This document shows, one piece after another, positions 9,068 through 18,660 of a stretch of DNA of 64,000 nucleotides. Position numbers and translations under genes: made by a program. The stretch is from an uncultured Acidobacteriota bacterium (lineage in GTDB: Bacteria; Acidobacteriota; Polarisedimenticolia; J045). The stretch spans positions 1 through 64,000 of the forward strand of contig CAVPCQ010000019.1 of assembly GCA_963702425.1 (NCBI GenBank), written 5' to 3'. The notes beneath the pieces are model-generated. The model worked only from the letters and a program-made list of their open reading frames with translations, did not search any database and was not told the DNA's origin. Position 1 is the first letter of the stretch. Each line of letters begins with the position of its first letter.

Positions 9068-11455
9068 ATGGGTCTTCCTGCCGGACATCGTCTTGGGCCG
9101 TATGAGGTCACCTCCCCGCTCGGCGCCGGGGGGATGGGCGAGGTCTACCGGGCCCGGGACGTTCGGCTCGATCGCACCGTGGCCGTGAAGATCCTGCCCC
9201 CGGAGCTGGCCGTGGACGAGCGGTACCGCCAGCGCTTCGAGCGCGAGGCGCGCGCCGCATCGGCCCTCAGCCACCCGCACATCGCCCACGTCTACGACGT
9301 CGGCGAACAGGACGGGACGCACTTCATCGCGATGGAGTACGTCGAGGGCGAGAACCTGCGCGAGCTCGTGACGCGTGGCCCGCTCGACGTCGATCGGATC
9401 GTCGAGTTCGGGGCGCAGATCGCCTCCGCCCTCGAGGAGGCCCACGCGCGAGGTGTCGTCCATCGGGACATCAAGTCCGCGAACGCGGTCGTGACGCCGA
9501 AGGGCCAGGTCAAGGTACTGGACTTCGGCCTCGCGCGGCGGGATCGGGACGGTGCGGACCTGCTCAGCAGCCAGCACGTCACCGAAGCGCGGACCCAGGC
9601 CGGCCTCGTGCTGGGCACCGTGCCCTACATGAGCCCCGAGCAGGCCCTGGGCAAGGACCTCGACGCGCGCACCGACCTCTTCAGCTTGGGTGTCGTGCTC
9701 TACGAGCTGGCCACGGGCCGGCTGCCCTTCGTCGGAAACACGGCGACCCAGACGATCGATCAGATCTGCCACGGCACCCCGGCCGAGCTGGGGTCGTCGC
9801 GCAAGGACGTCCCGGCGGAGCTGGAGCGGATTGTCCGCAAGTGCCTCGAGAAGGACCGGGACCGCCGATACGCCTCGGCCCGCGACCTGGTGGTGGACCT
9901 GCGGAACCTCCAGCGCGACCGGACGTCGGGCACCGGCCCGGTGGCGGTGGCGCCGCGACGCACGAGCCGGCGCCCGCTCGTGATCGCAGCCGCCGTTCTC
10001 CTCGCGGTCGCCGCCCTGGGGGCGGGGCTCTACTTCCGCGCGAGCGCGCGGGGCGCCTCGATCGGGTCGGTGGCCGTGCTGCCGTTCGAGAACGCGACCG
10101 GCGACCCCGCGAACGAGTACCTGTGCGACGGGATCTCGGAGAGCCTGATCAACAAGCTCTCGACTCTCCCCGGGCTGCGCGTCATCTCGCGGACGTCGGC
10201 GTTCGCCCTCAAGGGCAGGAAGCTGGGCCCGGCGGAGATCGGCCGGACGCTCGGGGTGGATGCGCTCCTCCTCGGCAGCCTCGCCCAGCGGGGCACGAGC
10301 CTCGCCATCACCGCGGAACTGGTGAACGTGCGCGACGATCGGCAACTGTGGGGCGAGAAGTACTCCCGGTCTGCGGACGACGTGCTGAAGGTGGAGGGGG
10401 AGATCGCCGCGACCATCGCCCGGACGCTCCGCGGGCAGCTGAGCGGGGAGGAGCAGCAGAAGCTCGCCCGCGGCGCGACCGCCGATCCCGAGGCGTACCG
10501 CCTGTATCTCAAGGGGCGCGACTCTGCGGCCGGAACCGTCGTGGAGATGGACAAGAGCATCGACTACCTCCAGCAGGCGGTGGCCCGGGCGCCGGACTTC
10601 GCCCTGGCCCACGCCAGCCTGGCCGAGGCCTACACCCGCCAGGCCTTCCTGCGCGGGAGCGGCCGCGAGGAGCCGGCGGGCAAGGCCCGGGCCGCGGTGC
10701 AACGCGCGCTCGAGCTCGACCCCGACCTCGCCGAGGCCCACGCCGCGCTCGGCTCCATCCTCTTCTACTTCGAGTGGGACTGGGCGGGGGCAGAGGCCGA
10801 GTTCCAGCGCGCGCTCGCGCTCAACCCGGGCAGCCGAATCGTCCAGGAGGACTACGGGTACTTCCTCAGCGCGATGGGCCGCCTGGACGAGGGCCTTGCC
10901 CACACCCGCGAGGCGGCGCTGCTCGACCCGCTCTCGGTTGGCCCGGTCCACGACATCGGGATCAACTACCTGGCCCGGCGCGACTTCGATCAGGCGGCGG
11001 CGAGCTTCCGCCACGCGATCGAGATCGACCCCAACTGGACCTGGGGGTACATCAAGCTCGGGCGCGCGCTGGCCCTCGGGAAGAAGTGCTCCGAGGCGAT
11101 GGCCCAGTGCGCGATCGCCGAGGCCCGGATCGCGGGGGGGGCCGCAGCGCTGTCGCGCTCGTGGCTCGGCGCCAGCTACGCGCTGTGCGGGGACGCTGCG
11201 CGCGCTCGCCAGAAGCTCGACGAACTCCACGCCCTGGCGCAGACACAGTACGTCGACCCCGTGACCTTCGCCGTCGTCCACGGCGCACTCGGCGAGACGG
11301 AGGAGGCCCTGAACTGGTACGAGAAGGCGCTCGAGGACCGGACCCCGAACATGGTCTTCGCTTACGTGGCGCCCCGGCTCTACCCCGAGCTGACGGGCAA
11401 CCCGCGCTACGAGGCGATCGTCCGTCGCATGGCGTTCCCGCCGCCTCCAAGCTGA
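9068..11455 (+). CDS. Ser/Thr protein kinase with TolB-like and TPR domains
   Basis: GAGGMGEVY, HRDIKSAN, DFG, YMSPEQ; TM; SVAVLPFEN...ISRTSAF TolB-like module; TPR repeats. Confidence 0.9.
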   Translation: MGLPAGHRLGPYEVTSPLGAGGMGEVYRARDVRLDRTVAVKILPPELAVDERYRQRFEREARAASALSHPHIAHVYDVGEQDGTHFIAMEYVEGENLRELVTRGPLDVDRIVEFGAQIASALEEAHARGVVHRDIKSANAVVTPKGQVKVLDFGLARRDRDGADLLSSQHVTEARTQAGLVLGTVPYMSPEQALGKDLDARTDLFSLGVVLYELATGRLPFVGNTATQTIDQICHGTPAELGSSRKDVPAELERIVRKCLEKDRDRRYASARDLVVDLRNLQRDRTSGTGPVAVAPRRTSRRPLVIAAAVLLAVAALGAGLYFRASARGASIGSVAVLPFENATGDPANEYLCDGISESLINKLSTLPGLRVISRTSAFALKGRKLGPAEIGRTLGVDALLLGSLAQRGTSLAITAELVNVRDDRQLWGEKYSRSADDVLKVEGEIAATIARTLRGQLSGEEQQKLARGATADPEAYRLYLKGRDSAAGTVVEMDKSIDYLQQAVARAPDFALAHASLAEAYTRQAFLRGSGREEPAGKARAAVQRALELDPDLAEAHAALGSILFYFEWDWAGAEAEFQRALALNPGSRIVQEDYGYFLSAMGRLDEGLAHTREAALLDPLSVGPVHDIGINYLARRDFDQAAASFRHAIEIDPNWTWGYIKLGRALALGKKCSEAMAQCAIAEARIAGGAAALSRSWLGASYALCGDAARARQKLDELHALAQTQYVDPVTFAVVHGALGETEEALNWYEKALEDRTPNMVFAYVAPRLYPELTGNPRYEAIVRRMAFPPPPS

Positions 11456-11459
11456 GGCA

Positions 11460-11942
11460 TCCCGCGCCCCGATGCGGGCGATTCGGCCTGTCCGCACGCA
11501 GCTACCCGGGCGCTCTCCCGACCTGGGTGTGGGCGGCTACCGATCTTGGATCGCGTCTGGGCGCGGCTTCTGGCGTCGCAAAGGCCATCGCGACGCTCAC
11601 TCAGTGCGGCGAAATCGAGCCGAGCGTGAGCACAACGAAGGGGATCGCTCGCCGAGCGGCATCACCTGGCCACCGTACGCGGAGCTCGAGGATGGCCAGG
11701 CGCTCCACCGCCGGATAGTGCGGTTGGTGACGCGGTGGGACGCGCTCCATGCCAGCGTGCTTGATGCGCAGTTCCTCGCGGAGCAGGGCCAGCTCATGCT
11801 CCCGAAGGACGGGGGTGGCGACGCGATCGGTGGCCGCGAGCAGGGCGATACGGGCCAGGGAGAGGGCGTGGAGGATCGTGGAGCGAGCCTGCCGAGGCCA
11901 GCTGCGGGGCAGTCGGAGCATGAAGCCGCGGTCGCCCGACAT
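11460..11942 (-). pseudogene. Degenerate transposase/integrase remnant of a different family
   Basis: GGAGG RBS and ATG at 11942. LPRSWPRQARSTILHALSLA...LREELRIK...PHYPAVERLAILELR resembles the N-terminus of an integrase-core transposase family; the frame then decays. Confidence 0.45.
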
Positions 11943-12049
11943 GATCGGATCCTCCTCGGAGCTCCATCCTCTAGCACTCCGCGGAGCCTGATAAGTCCCT
12001 GCAGGGAAGAGACATGGAGGCGCGGAGAGAGGACCCGAGAATCGCTGGC

Positions 12050-12319
12050 ACACTGCACCAGGAAGCGCAGGCCTTCGGCCTCTTGCAGGCCGTAGACCGC
12101 GGCGACGGCGGGATGGTTGAGCGCCGCCAGCGTCTTCGCCTCGCGCTCAAAGCGCGCCATGCGCTCGGGGTCGCTCGAATAGACGTCGAGCATCAGATTG
12201 AGCGCGACGTCGCGGCCGAGCGTCGTTTCGGTGGCGCACCAGAAGACGCCCATCCCCTTATTGCCGATCGGCTCGACGAGACGGTAGTGGAGCAGGGCGG
12301 TGCCGGTGGCAAAGGGCAC
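12050..12319 (-). pseudogene. Decayed N-terminal fragment of a Ser/Thr kinase
   Basis: HYRLVEPIGNKGMGVFW...LGRDVALNL...RFEREAKTLAALNHP. The catalytic Lys position reads N, and the similarity stops after about 90 aa. Confidence 0.75.
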
Positions 12320-12655
12320 CGAGCGGGTCTCCGAACCGGCGAGTTCATGCGTGAAGCGGGCGCACTCCGCAACGTCGCAACAAACTGGCAGTTACTTCGG
12401 GGGCACGCGGTCATCGAGCTAGTCCAAGACGTGCCCGAGCGAGGCGACGAGCGCGGTGAGCGCCGTCACGACGCCCGCCGTGGCCAGCGCGAGGGTCGTC
12501 CGGTGCTCAACGGCGCTGTCGAGCGTAGCGTGGCGGCCCTCCTCCCGGACCAACATTCTCGGCGCCACAATGAGGGGATCACCCGGGCGATTCCGCGTAT
12601 ATTCCCCAACCTTTTATCGCCCCGCGCCGCGGCGGCCGGGGCCGAGGGAACCGTG

Positions 12656-15600
12656 ATGCGCGCCCACGCCCGTCGAACCCCCGCAAACCTCGCCCTTTCT
12701 TTCGCCCTGCTCGTCGTCCCGCCCGCGGCGCTGGCCCCGGTCGGCGCCGCCGAGCCCGGCGCCGCCTGCGGCGCGGTGCTCCCCGTCGCCGCCGACGCCG
12801 CGCTCTTCGAAGGTGCCCCGCGCGAGAACTTCGGCGGCAGCCCCGAGCTTGCGGCGGTCGATCCTCCCGACGGCCCGCAGACCTGGCGTACGCTGCTGCG
12901 CTTCGACGTCGCCGCGGCGCTGCCCCCCGGCGCGGTCGTCGATCGCGCCTTGCTTCGGCTGTGGGTCGACCGCTCCGAGGGTGCCACCGTCGCGCGGCTG
13001 CAACTGCGCGCGCTGTCCGCCCCCTGGAACGAGAGCGAGGTCGTCTGGGACAAGGCCCCGCCGGCGAGCAACGTGATGGTGCGCCATGAGCTGCCCGGCC
13101 GGGAAGGTGAGCTGCTGATCGACGCCACGCCGCTGGTGCGGACGTGGGCCGCGCGCGCAATCGAGCCGCACGGCCTCGAGCTGCGCGCAATCGATCGCGG
13201 CGCGCTCTACTTCGCGGCCAAGGAGGCCGAGGACCCGGCGCGCCCGGCAGCCACGCTGGAACTGTCATGTCACGTCGAGGCGCCGATGGCCGGTGACGAT
13301 GCCGAGCCGCGCGACGAAGCGCAGCGGCTGGCGCTCGAGCGGCTGCGGGGCGAGTCGCTGGAGCCGGTGCGGGCCCGCTTCGGCGACGGCGCGCTGCGCC
13401 ATGCCGCCTTCCGCTTGCCGATTCCCGCCGCGGCGCGGCGCGACGTCATGACGCGCGCACGATGGTTCCTCGGACAGTATGCCGACCTGCTGCGCGTGCC
13501 CGATGCGGGGTCGTGGCAGTTGCGGCGCGGCAGCAGCGACGGCCGGCACCTGGTTTTCCGGCAGTTGAAGGACGGCGTCCCGGTCTACGCGGGCGAGCTG
13601 ATCGTGCACCTCGACGAAGAGGACGTGATCGGCGTCACGGGAACCTACTTTCCCGACATCCCGGCCCGACTCGAGCCGCTGCTGACGGCGGCGGAGGCCG
13701 AGTCGATCGCGCTCGGGCTCGGCCCGGAGGGCGCCGAGCGCACCGGTGACGTCACCCTTTCCATTGTTGCCCCGGCCCTGCTGGGGAGCCGCGCGTTCTC
13801 GGGTGGCACCGGGCAGGAACCGCGCCTGGTGTGGCTGGTGCACACAGCGGGACCCGCGGGCCTCCAGCGCGCCATCGACGCTCGCAGCGGAGCGCTGCTG
13901 ATGGAAGTCACCGGCGCGCAGGACGTCTTCGACCTGTCGATCAAGTCCCACCAGAACCGCGTCCAGCCCCTTTCCTGCGTATTCAGCCCGGCGCCCGTGG
14001 AGTGGTACACCGAGGCCGGGCAGGTGCAGGGCACCACTCCCGACGCCGACGCCACGACGACCTACACCTCGTTCGTCGATTTCGACAATTACCTGCGCCA
14101 GAGCCACGCGCGCGACGGCTTCACCGGCACGGGCGGACTCTACAACGCGATCGTCAACATCAACTTCAGCCCGGTAAACGCCTTCTACACTTTCGCCTGC
14201 GCCGACTTCCGCTTCAGCGGCGGCACCGGGACGAAGGACATCGTCGGCCACGAGGTCACGCACGGCGTGATCGACAACGAGGCCGACCTCGTCTACATGA
14301 ATCAGTCCGGCGCGCTCAACGAGAGCATCGCCGACATCTTCGGGTACTTCATCGATCCCGACGACTGGACCATCGGCGACGGAAGCACGCTGGGGCCGAT
14401 CCGCGACCTGGTCGACCCGCGGCTCTTCGACCAGCCCGACCACATGCTGAGGGCGCAGAGCAACGACGGGTGCGGGTTCCGCGACCCGCTCAACCCGCCG
14501 ACTACCGGCCCCTGCCTGCTGGCCAACTTCGACTTCGGCTTCGTCCACACCAACAGCGGCATCCCCAACCGCGCCGCGTCGCTGTTGATCGCCGGGGGAC
14601 AACACGGCGGTTACAGCGTGGACCGGCTGGGAGGACCGACCGTCGCGCGGCTGATGTACGACGCGGTGACGAACCGGCTGACCAGCTCCTCGCAGCTCGC
14701 CGATATGCGCGATGCGATGGTCGATGGCGCGGCGGCCGATGCCGGGCTGACGGCGCGGCAGCGCTGCCAGGTCCGCAACGCCTACGCCGCGGTGGGCCTC
14801 GGTGAGGGGGACGCCGACTGCGACGGAGTGGGCGACAGCAGCGATGCCGATCCCGACGCCGACGGCCTGACCGGCAGCGCCGACAACTGCCCCTTCCTCT
14901 TCAATGCCTCGCAGGCCGACCTCGATGCCGACGGCACCGGCGACACCTGCGACGTGGACGACGACAACGACACCGTTCCCGACCGCGGCGACAACTGCCC
15001 GCGCGAGGCCAACACCGACCAGGCCGATGCCGACGCCGACCGGGTCGGCGACCGCTGCGAGGACGCGGACCGCGACGGTGTGCCCGACTGGCGCGACAAC
15101 TGCCCGACCGTCCGCAATCCAGACCAGGCCAACCTCGATTCGGGCCGCGGCGATACGCAGGGCGACGCCTGCGACCTCGACGACGACGAGGACGGCGTCC
15201 CCGACACCTCCGACAACTGCGTCGTGGTGCACAACCCGGGGCAGCAGAACGACGACAACGACTTCCGCGGCAACGCCTGCGACAACTGCCCGACTACCGA
15301 CAACGGCGACCAGAAGGACAGCGACCGCGACGGTGCCGGCGACGCCTGCGATGCCGACGACGACAACGACGGCGTCGACGACACGACCGACAACTGCCGC
15401 ATCACTCCCAACCCCAGTCAGCTCGATTCCGACCAGGACGGGATCGGCATGGAGTGTGACGCGGACGAACTGGGCCGGACCTACGAAGACCGCTACAGCT
15501 TCAACCCCGAGCGGTTCTTCTACTGGCCGATGAATTTCGGGGTGCCGGTCAACGTCGGCGTGCCGATCTGCCCGGTCTGCAGCGGCGGCGAGTTGCCCCG

Positions 15601-16453
15601 CCCCTTCATCGCCGAGACCACCGTGCGGTTCAACCAGCCGTTCGTGGCGATCCTGCGCGACGGCGAGGGGCGCGCTCTGGAGTCGACCGTCGGTGCGCCC
15701 TCGACCGAGCACACGTTCCGTTTCCGACCCGAGTCGTACTCGCTGTCGCGCTTCGACTACAGCCCGCTCGGTGGTGACTGGCCGCCGGGATTCGGGCCGC
15801 AGGTCGAAGGGCCGGGTGCGATCCCGCCCGGCTTCGAGTCACTGCCGCCGTACGTGGGACCGGCCCAGCGACGTTATTCGATCGAGATGTACCCGGCCTC
15901 CGAGGAGCAACTCGGTGCCGACGCGGGATTCTCGATCACGCACCTGCAGTGCGAGGACAACGACGGCGATGGTTACGGCAACAGCACCGCGCCCGACTGC
16001 GAGATGCTCGGTGTGCCGCTCGATTGCGATGACTCGGCCTGGGATCGGCATGCCGGGCGGGGCGAGGCCTGCGACGGCGTCGACAACGACTGCGACGGGA
16101 CGACCGACGAGGAGCCGCTGCGGGCGGCAGGCACGTCGCGGCTCGTGGTGAAGCCGGGGCCGGCGCCAGGCGAGACGTCGCTGCGCTGGACGGAGCTGGT
16201 GGACGTCACCGGGTACGACCTGCTGCGCGGGCTGCTGTCGAAGCTGCCGGGGAGTGGCGTGGCGGGTTCGGGTGAGGCCTGCCTGCAGGATGACGTGCTC
16301 GCGACGTCGGTGAGCGACGCGGCGACGCCGGCGGCGGGGGAAGGGTTCTGGTACCTCGTGCGCGGCGTGAACTGCGCGGGGAGCGGGATACTGGATGGGT
16401 GGGGGGCGGGGCAGGCGGGGGTGCGTGACGGGGGCGGGGTGTGCGGGCCGTGA
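12656..16453 (+). CDS. Secreted M4 (thermolysin-family) metallopeptidase with DNRLRE-like N-domain, TSP3 repeats and a Cys-capped C-terminal domain
   Basis: Signal peptide; HEVTH + ALNESIADIFG + VHTNSGIPN; about 7 DNCP..N.DQ.D.D.DG.GD.CD repeats; EACDGVDNDCDG motif. Confidence 0.88.
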   Translation: MRAHARRTPANLALSFALLVVPPAALAPVGAAEPGAACGAVLPVAADAALFEGAPRENFGGSPELAAVDPPDGPQTWRTLLRFDVAAALPPGAVVDRALLRLWVDRSEGATVARLQLRALSAPWNESEVVWDKAPPASNVMVRHELPGREGELLIDATPLVRTWAARAIEPHGLELRAIDRGALYFAAKEAEDPARPAATLELSCHVEAPMAGDDAEPRDEAQRLALERLRGESLEPVRARFGDGALRHAAFRLPIPAAARRDVMTRARWFLGQYADLLRVPDAGSWQLRRGSSDGRHLVFRQLKDGVPVYAGELIVHLDEEDVIGVTGTYFPDIPARLEPLLTAAEAESIALGLGPEGAERTGDVTLSIVAPALLGSRAFSGGTGQEPRLVWLVHTAGPAGLQRAIDARSGALLMEVTGAQDVFDLSIKSHQNRVQPLSCVFSPAPVEWYTEAGQVQGTTPDADATTTYTSFVDFDNYLRQSHARDGFTGTGGLYNAIVNINFSPVNAFYTFACADFRFSGGTGTKDIVGHEVTHGVIDNEADLVYMNQSGALNESIADIFGYFIDPDDWTIGDGSTLGPIRDLVDPRLFDQPDHMLRAQSNDGCGFRDPLNPPTTGPCLLANFDFGFVHTNSGIPNRAASLLIAGGQHGGYSVDRLGGPTVARLMYDAVTNRLTSSSQLADMRDAMVDGAAADAGLTARQRCQVRNAYAAVGLGEGDADCDGVGDSSDADPDADGLTGSADNCPFLFNASQADLDADGTGDTCDVDDDNDTVPDRGDNCPREANTDQADADADRVGDRCEDADRDGVPDWRDNCPTVRNPDQANLDSGRGDTQGDACDLDDDEDGVPDTSDNCVVVHNPGQQNDDNDFRGNACDNCPTTDNGDQKDSDRDGAGDACDADDDNDGVDDTTDNCRITPNPSQLDSDQDGIGMECDADELGRTYEDRYSFNPERFFYWPMNFGVPVNVGVPICPVCSGGELPRPFIAETTVRFNQPFVAILRDGEGRALESTVGAPSTEHTFRFRPESYSLSRFDYSPLGGDWPPGFGPQVEGPGAIPPGFESLPPYVGPAQRRYSIEMYPASEEQLGADAGFSITHLQCEDNDGDGYGNSTAPDCEMLGVPLDCDDSAWDRHAGRGEACDGVDNDCDGTTDEEPLRAAGTSRLVVKPGPAPGETSLRWTELVDVTGYDLLRGLLSKLPGSGVAGSGEACLQDDVLATSVSDAATPAAGEGFWYLVRGVNCAGSGILDGWGAGQAGVRDGGGVCGP

Positions 16454-16514
16454 CGTGACGCGCGTCTTGAGGGGTCCGTCAGTCAGCGGCCCGTGCCTCG
16501 CTGTTGTAGGCCGG

Positions 16515-16970
16515 GTGCGTCGTGGAAAGGTCCGTTGATCCAGCAGGTGCAAGTCCTGCCCCGGCAAAGGTCGTCCCAGCCGGGTAGCTATCCCAGCGGT
16601 TGTGGAGGTGACGAAGCGACCGGAGCCTGGGAGAAAGAGGCGACGCAATGTCGTCGGCGAGCTGGTAGGCCGCAACGCGAGTGAACACCGAGACGGCCCC
16701 GAAAGACACGATGCGAAGGCCGACCCTTCCTGGCCTGGGGGAAGGCTGCTGCGGATGGCACGCAGGGATGGACGACGAGTGCGGTCCGCTTCGCCGGGAT
16801 GGTGGGTGGCGGCATGTCAGCAAGGAGCAACGGGCAACATGGGAAGCCCGCTTCGGTGGCCGCGGCCAACGAGCGCGCAAGGCGCTCGACCGAGACGGGT
16901 GGCGGAGGGGCTCGTAGTACCGGTGAAGCCGGGAAACTCCGGTGGAGGGAAGGGGCCCCACGCGGATCCT
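16515..16970 (+). ncRNA. Group II intron 5' half (domains I-III), truncated; no RT ORF and no D5/D6
   Basis: Begins GTGCG; GGTGCAAGTCC early DI motif; stem-loop CCTTCC-TGGCCTGGG-GGAAGG whose (C)TGGCCT pairs with the 5' exon end AGGCCGG; D3-like GGCGGAGGGGCTCGTAGTACCGGTGAAGCCGGGAAACTCCGGTGGAGGGAAGGGGCCC. Confidence 0.82.
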
Positions 16971-17089
16971 GACCACCCGGAGGGACTGGTCTGCGTCCTG
17001 TCGACGCTCGAGCCGTGCTGGACGTTCGCGCTGCGCTGGGATGATGCCTCGTACGTCCGAGCGGCCCGGCGGAAGTGCCTGTTCCTGTC

Positions 17090-18458
17090 TGTCCTTCGCC
17101 ACAATCGAGTCCGGGCACCCGTAATGGCTTCGCGCGGCTCGAGATGGCAGGCGAACACGGCGGCCGAGCGCACGCCTGCGCTCGTCGGCGACGATCATGG
17201 GTAGTGGGTAAGAGCGAAGGCCGCTGCGCGCCTTCCTGTGATGGCACACGCCCTCCACGACGAGACCGCGTCCATGGACTTGTCGGGCGGAAGCGTCAGG
17301 CCGCGCGGCGCCAAGCGTAGCGATGGTGAAGCCCGCCGAGGCGAGGCAGAGCGATGACCGCGGTGGCTGGATGCGGCTTCGGCTCCACGACTCGCACCGC
17401 GGGCGTGTCCTTCTCCAGGGACAAGTGCGTCCGATCGTCGAGGTAGTACGAGGCGAAGCCGGCCAGCAGGCGCTGCAGGTGTTTCGCGTTGAGGACAATG
17501 ACGTGATCCAGGAGATCGCGGCGTGCGGTGCTGACGAACCGCTCGGCGACTCCGTTCTGCCAGGGGCTGCGCGCCGTGATCTGCTTTGGTGTGATGCCCA
17601 TGTGGCGGATCGCGGTGAGGACATCGTCGCTGTACTTGGCGTCACGGTCGAGGATCAGGTAGCGCGGTGCCTGGTCGTAGGGGAACGCCTCGCGGAGTTG
17701 CTGCGTGATCCAGGCCGCGGTCGGATGGGTCGTCACACGGAAGTGCATCAGCTCGCGCCGAGCGTGGTGGACGACGAAGAAGACGTAGAGCACGCGGAAC
17801 GTGGCGGTGGCGACCGTGAAGAAGTCGATCGCGGCGATGACCTCGCGGTGGTTGCTGAGGAACGTTTGCCAGCGCTGACTCGCCTCTGGATCGACCGGGC
17901 ACCGGGGCATGGTGCGCGAGACCGTGCGCTCGGAGACCTCCAGGCCGAGCTTCTGGATCTCGCCGTGGATGCGCGGCGCGCCCCAGGTCGGATTCTCGGC
18001 GGCCATCCGGCGAACGAGGGCCCGGATCTCGGCCGTTGTGCTCGGTCGTCCAGCGCGGCGCCGCGACTTCCAGCGCCAGTACCGCCTGAACCCCTCGCGA
18101 TGCCAGCGGATGACGGTCTCGGGCTGGACGATGGCGAGCGTCTCCTTCCATCGCGGCCAGCAACGGCGCAGGGTAAGCCAGAAGAATCGGTCGGACGCGC
18201 GGAGACGAGGTCGCGCTTGCTTCCGTCGGAGGACAGCAAGCTGCTGGCGGAGCGCGAGGTTCTCTAGGATCAGGTCGGCCCGGCTGGCGAAGATCACGAG
18301 GAAAGTCCGGGCGACGGCAAGAGCGCGGATGAGCCTCCGCGGACGATGACTGCGGTCGGGACGGAGGGCAACGAGGCTCGCCCGCGGGCGATTCGGGTAT
18401 CCTGCACAGGAGCGCAACTCGTTGAAGAGTATGCCGGACGGGGATATGGCGACGCACA
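17090..18458 (-). mobile_element. Full-length rve IS, copy 2
   Basis: Right end TGTCCTTCGCCACAATC at 17090; left end (reverse) TGTGCGTCGCCATATC at 18458; about 1.37 kb, like copy 1. Confidence 0.85.
17296..18417 (-). CDS. rve DDE transposase (copy 2; the ATG of copy 1 is AGG here, so the start is uncertain)
   Basis: Near-identical to the 126..1166 product, with the DDE motifs intact. Confidence 0.8.
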   Translation of the reverse strand: MRSCAGYPNRPRASLVALRPDRSHRPRRLIRALAVARTFLVIFASRADLILENLALRQQLAVLRRKQARPRLRASDRFFWLTLRRCWPRWKETLAIVQPETVIRWHREGFRRYWRWKSRRRAGRPSTTAEIRALVRRMAAENPTWGAPRIHGEIQKLGLEVSERTVSRTMPRCPVDPEASQRWQTFLSNHREVIAAIDFFTVATATFRVLYVFFVVHHARRELMHFRVTTHPTAAWITQQLREAFPYDQAPRYLILDRDAKYSDDVLTAIRHMGITPKQITARSPWQNGVAERFVSTARRDLLDHVIVLNAKHLQRLLAGFASYYLDDRTHLSLEKDTPAVRVVEPKPHPATAVIALPRLGGLHHRYAWRRAA

Positions 18459-18619
18459 GCGTGTGCCTTTGCGGGAAGGCGCACCGCCGCCCCCGCTGTC
18501 AGCCACTGGGCGTGACCGTCGCTGACAAGCGCAGGCAGGCGTTCGACTGGCGTGTGCGCCTGCCATTCCGAGCTGCGCGAGCCATCAACAGTGCGCGGAC
18601 TCGATTGTGGCGAAGGACA
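18459..18619 (+). mobile_element. Solo IS right-end fragment
   Basis: Matches 1211-1371 and ends GATTGTGGCGAAGGACA. Confidence 0.8.
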
Positions 18620-18660
18620 AGTACGAGCATGCGCGGAAGCGCACGCAGAACTCCTATTAC

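Noticed and set aside
8735-11497. 1023-aa minus-strand ORF, and similar long shadow ORFs (13265..15712, 42639..45467, 57775..60486, upstream parts of 49085..52372 and 60362..61882)
   Set aside because: These are antisense or alternative frames of well-supported genes, a typical high-GC artefact; they carry no recognisable motifs.
14810-15470. DNA-level repeat or DGR template
   Set aside because: The GAC-rich periodicity is explained by TSP3 protein repeats; there is no RT gene and no adenine-specific TR/VR pair.
16454-16514. attC site as the intron target
   Set aside because: GTTGTAGGC does not fit GTTRRRY, no matching R''/L boxes could be paired, and no integron integrase or cassette array is visible.
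17005-17070. Group II intron domain V (starts GAGCCGTG)
   Set aside because: It does not fold into the ~34-nt D5 hairpin with GNRA loop and bulge, and reads better as a protein-coding fragment.
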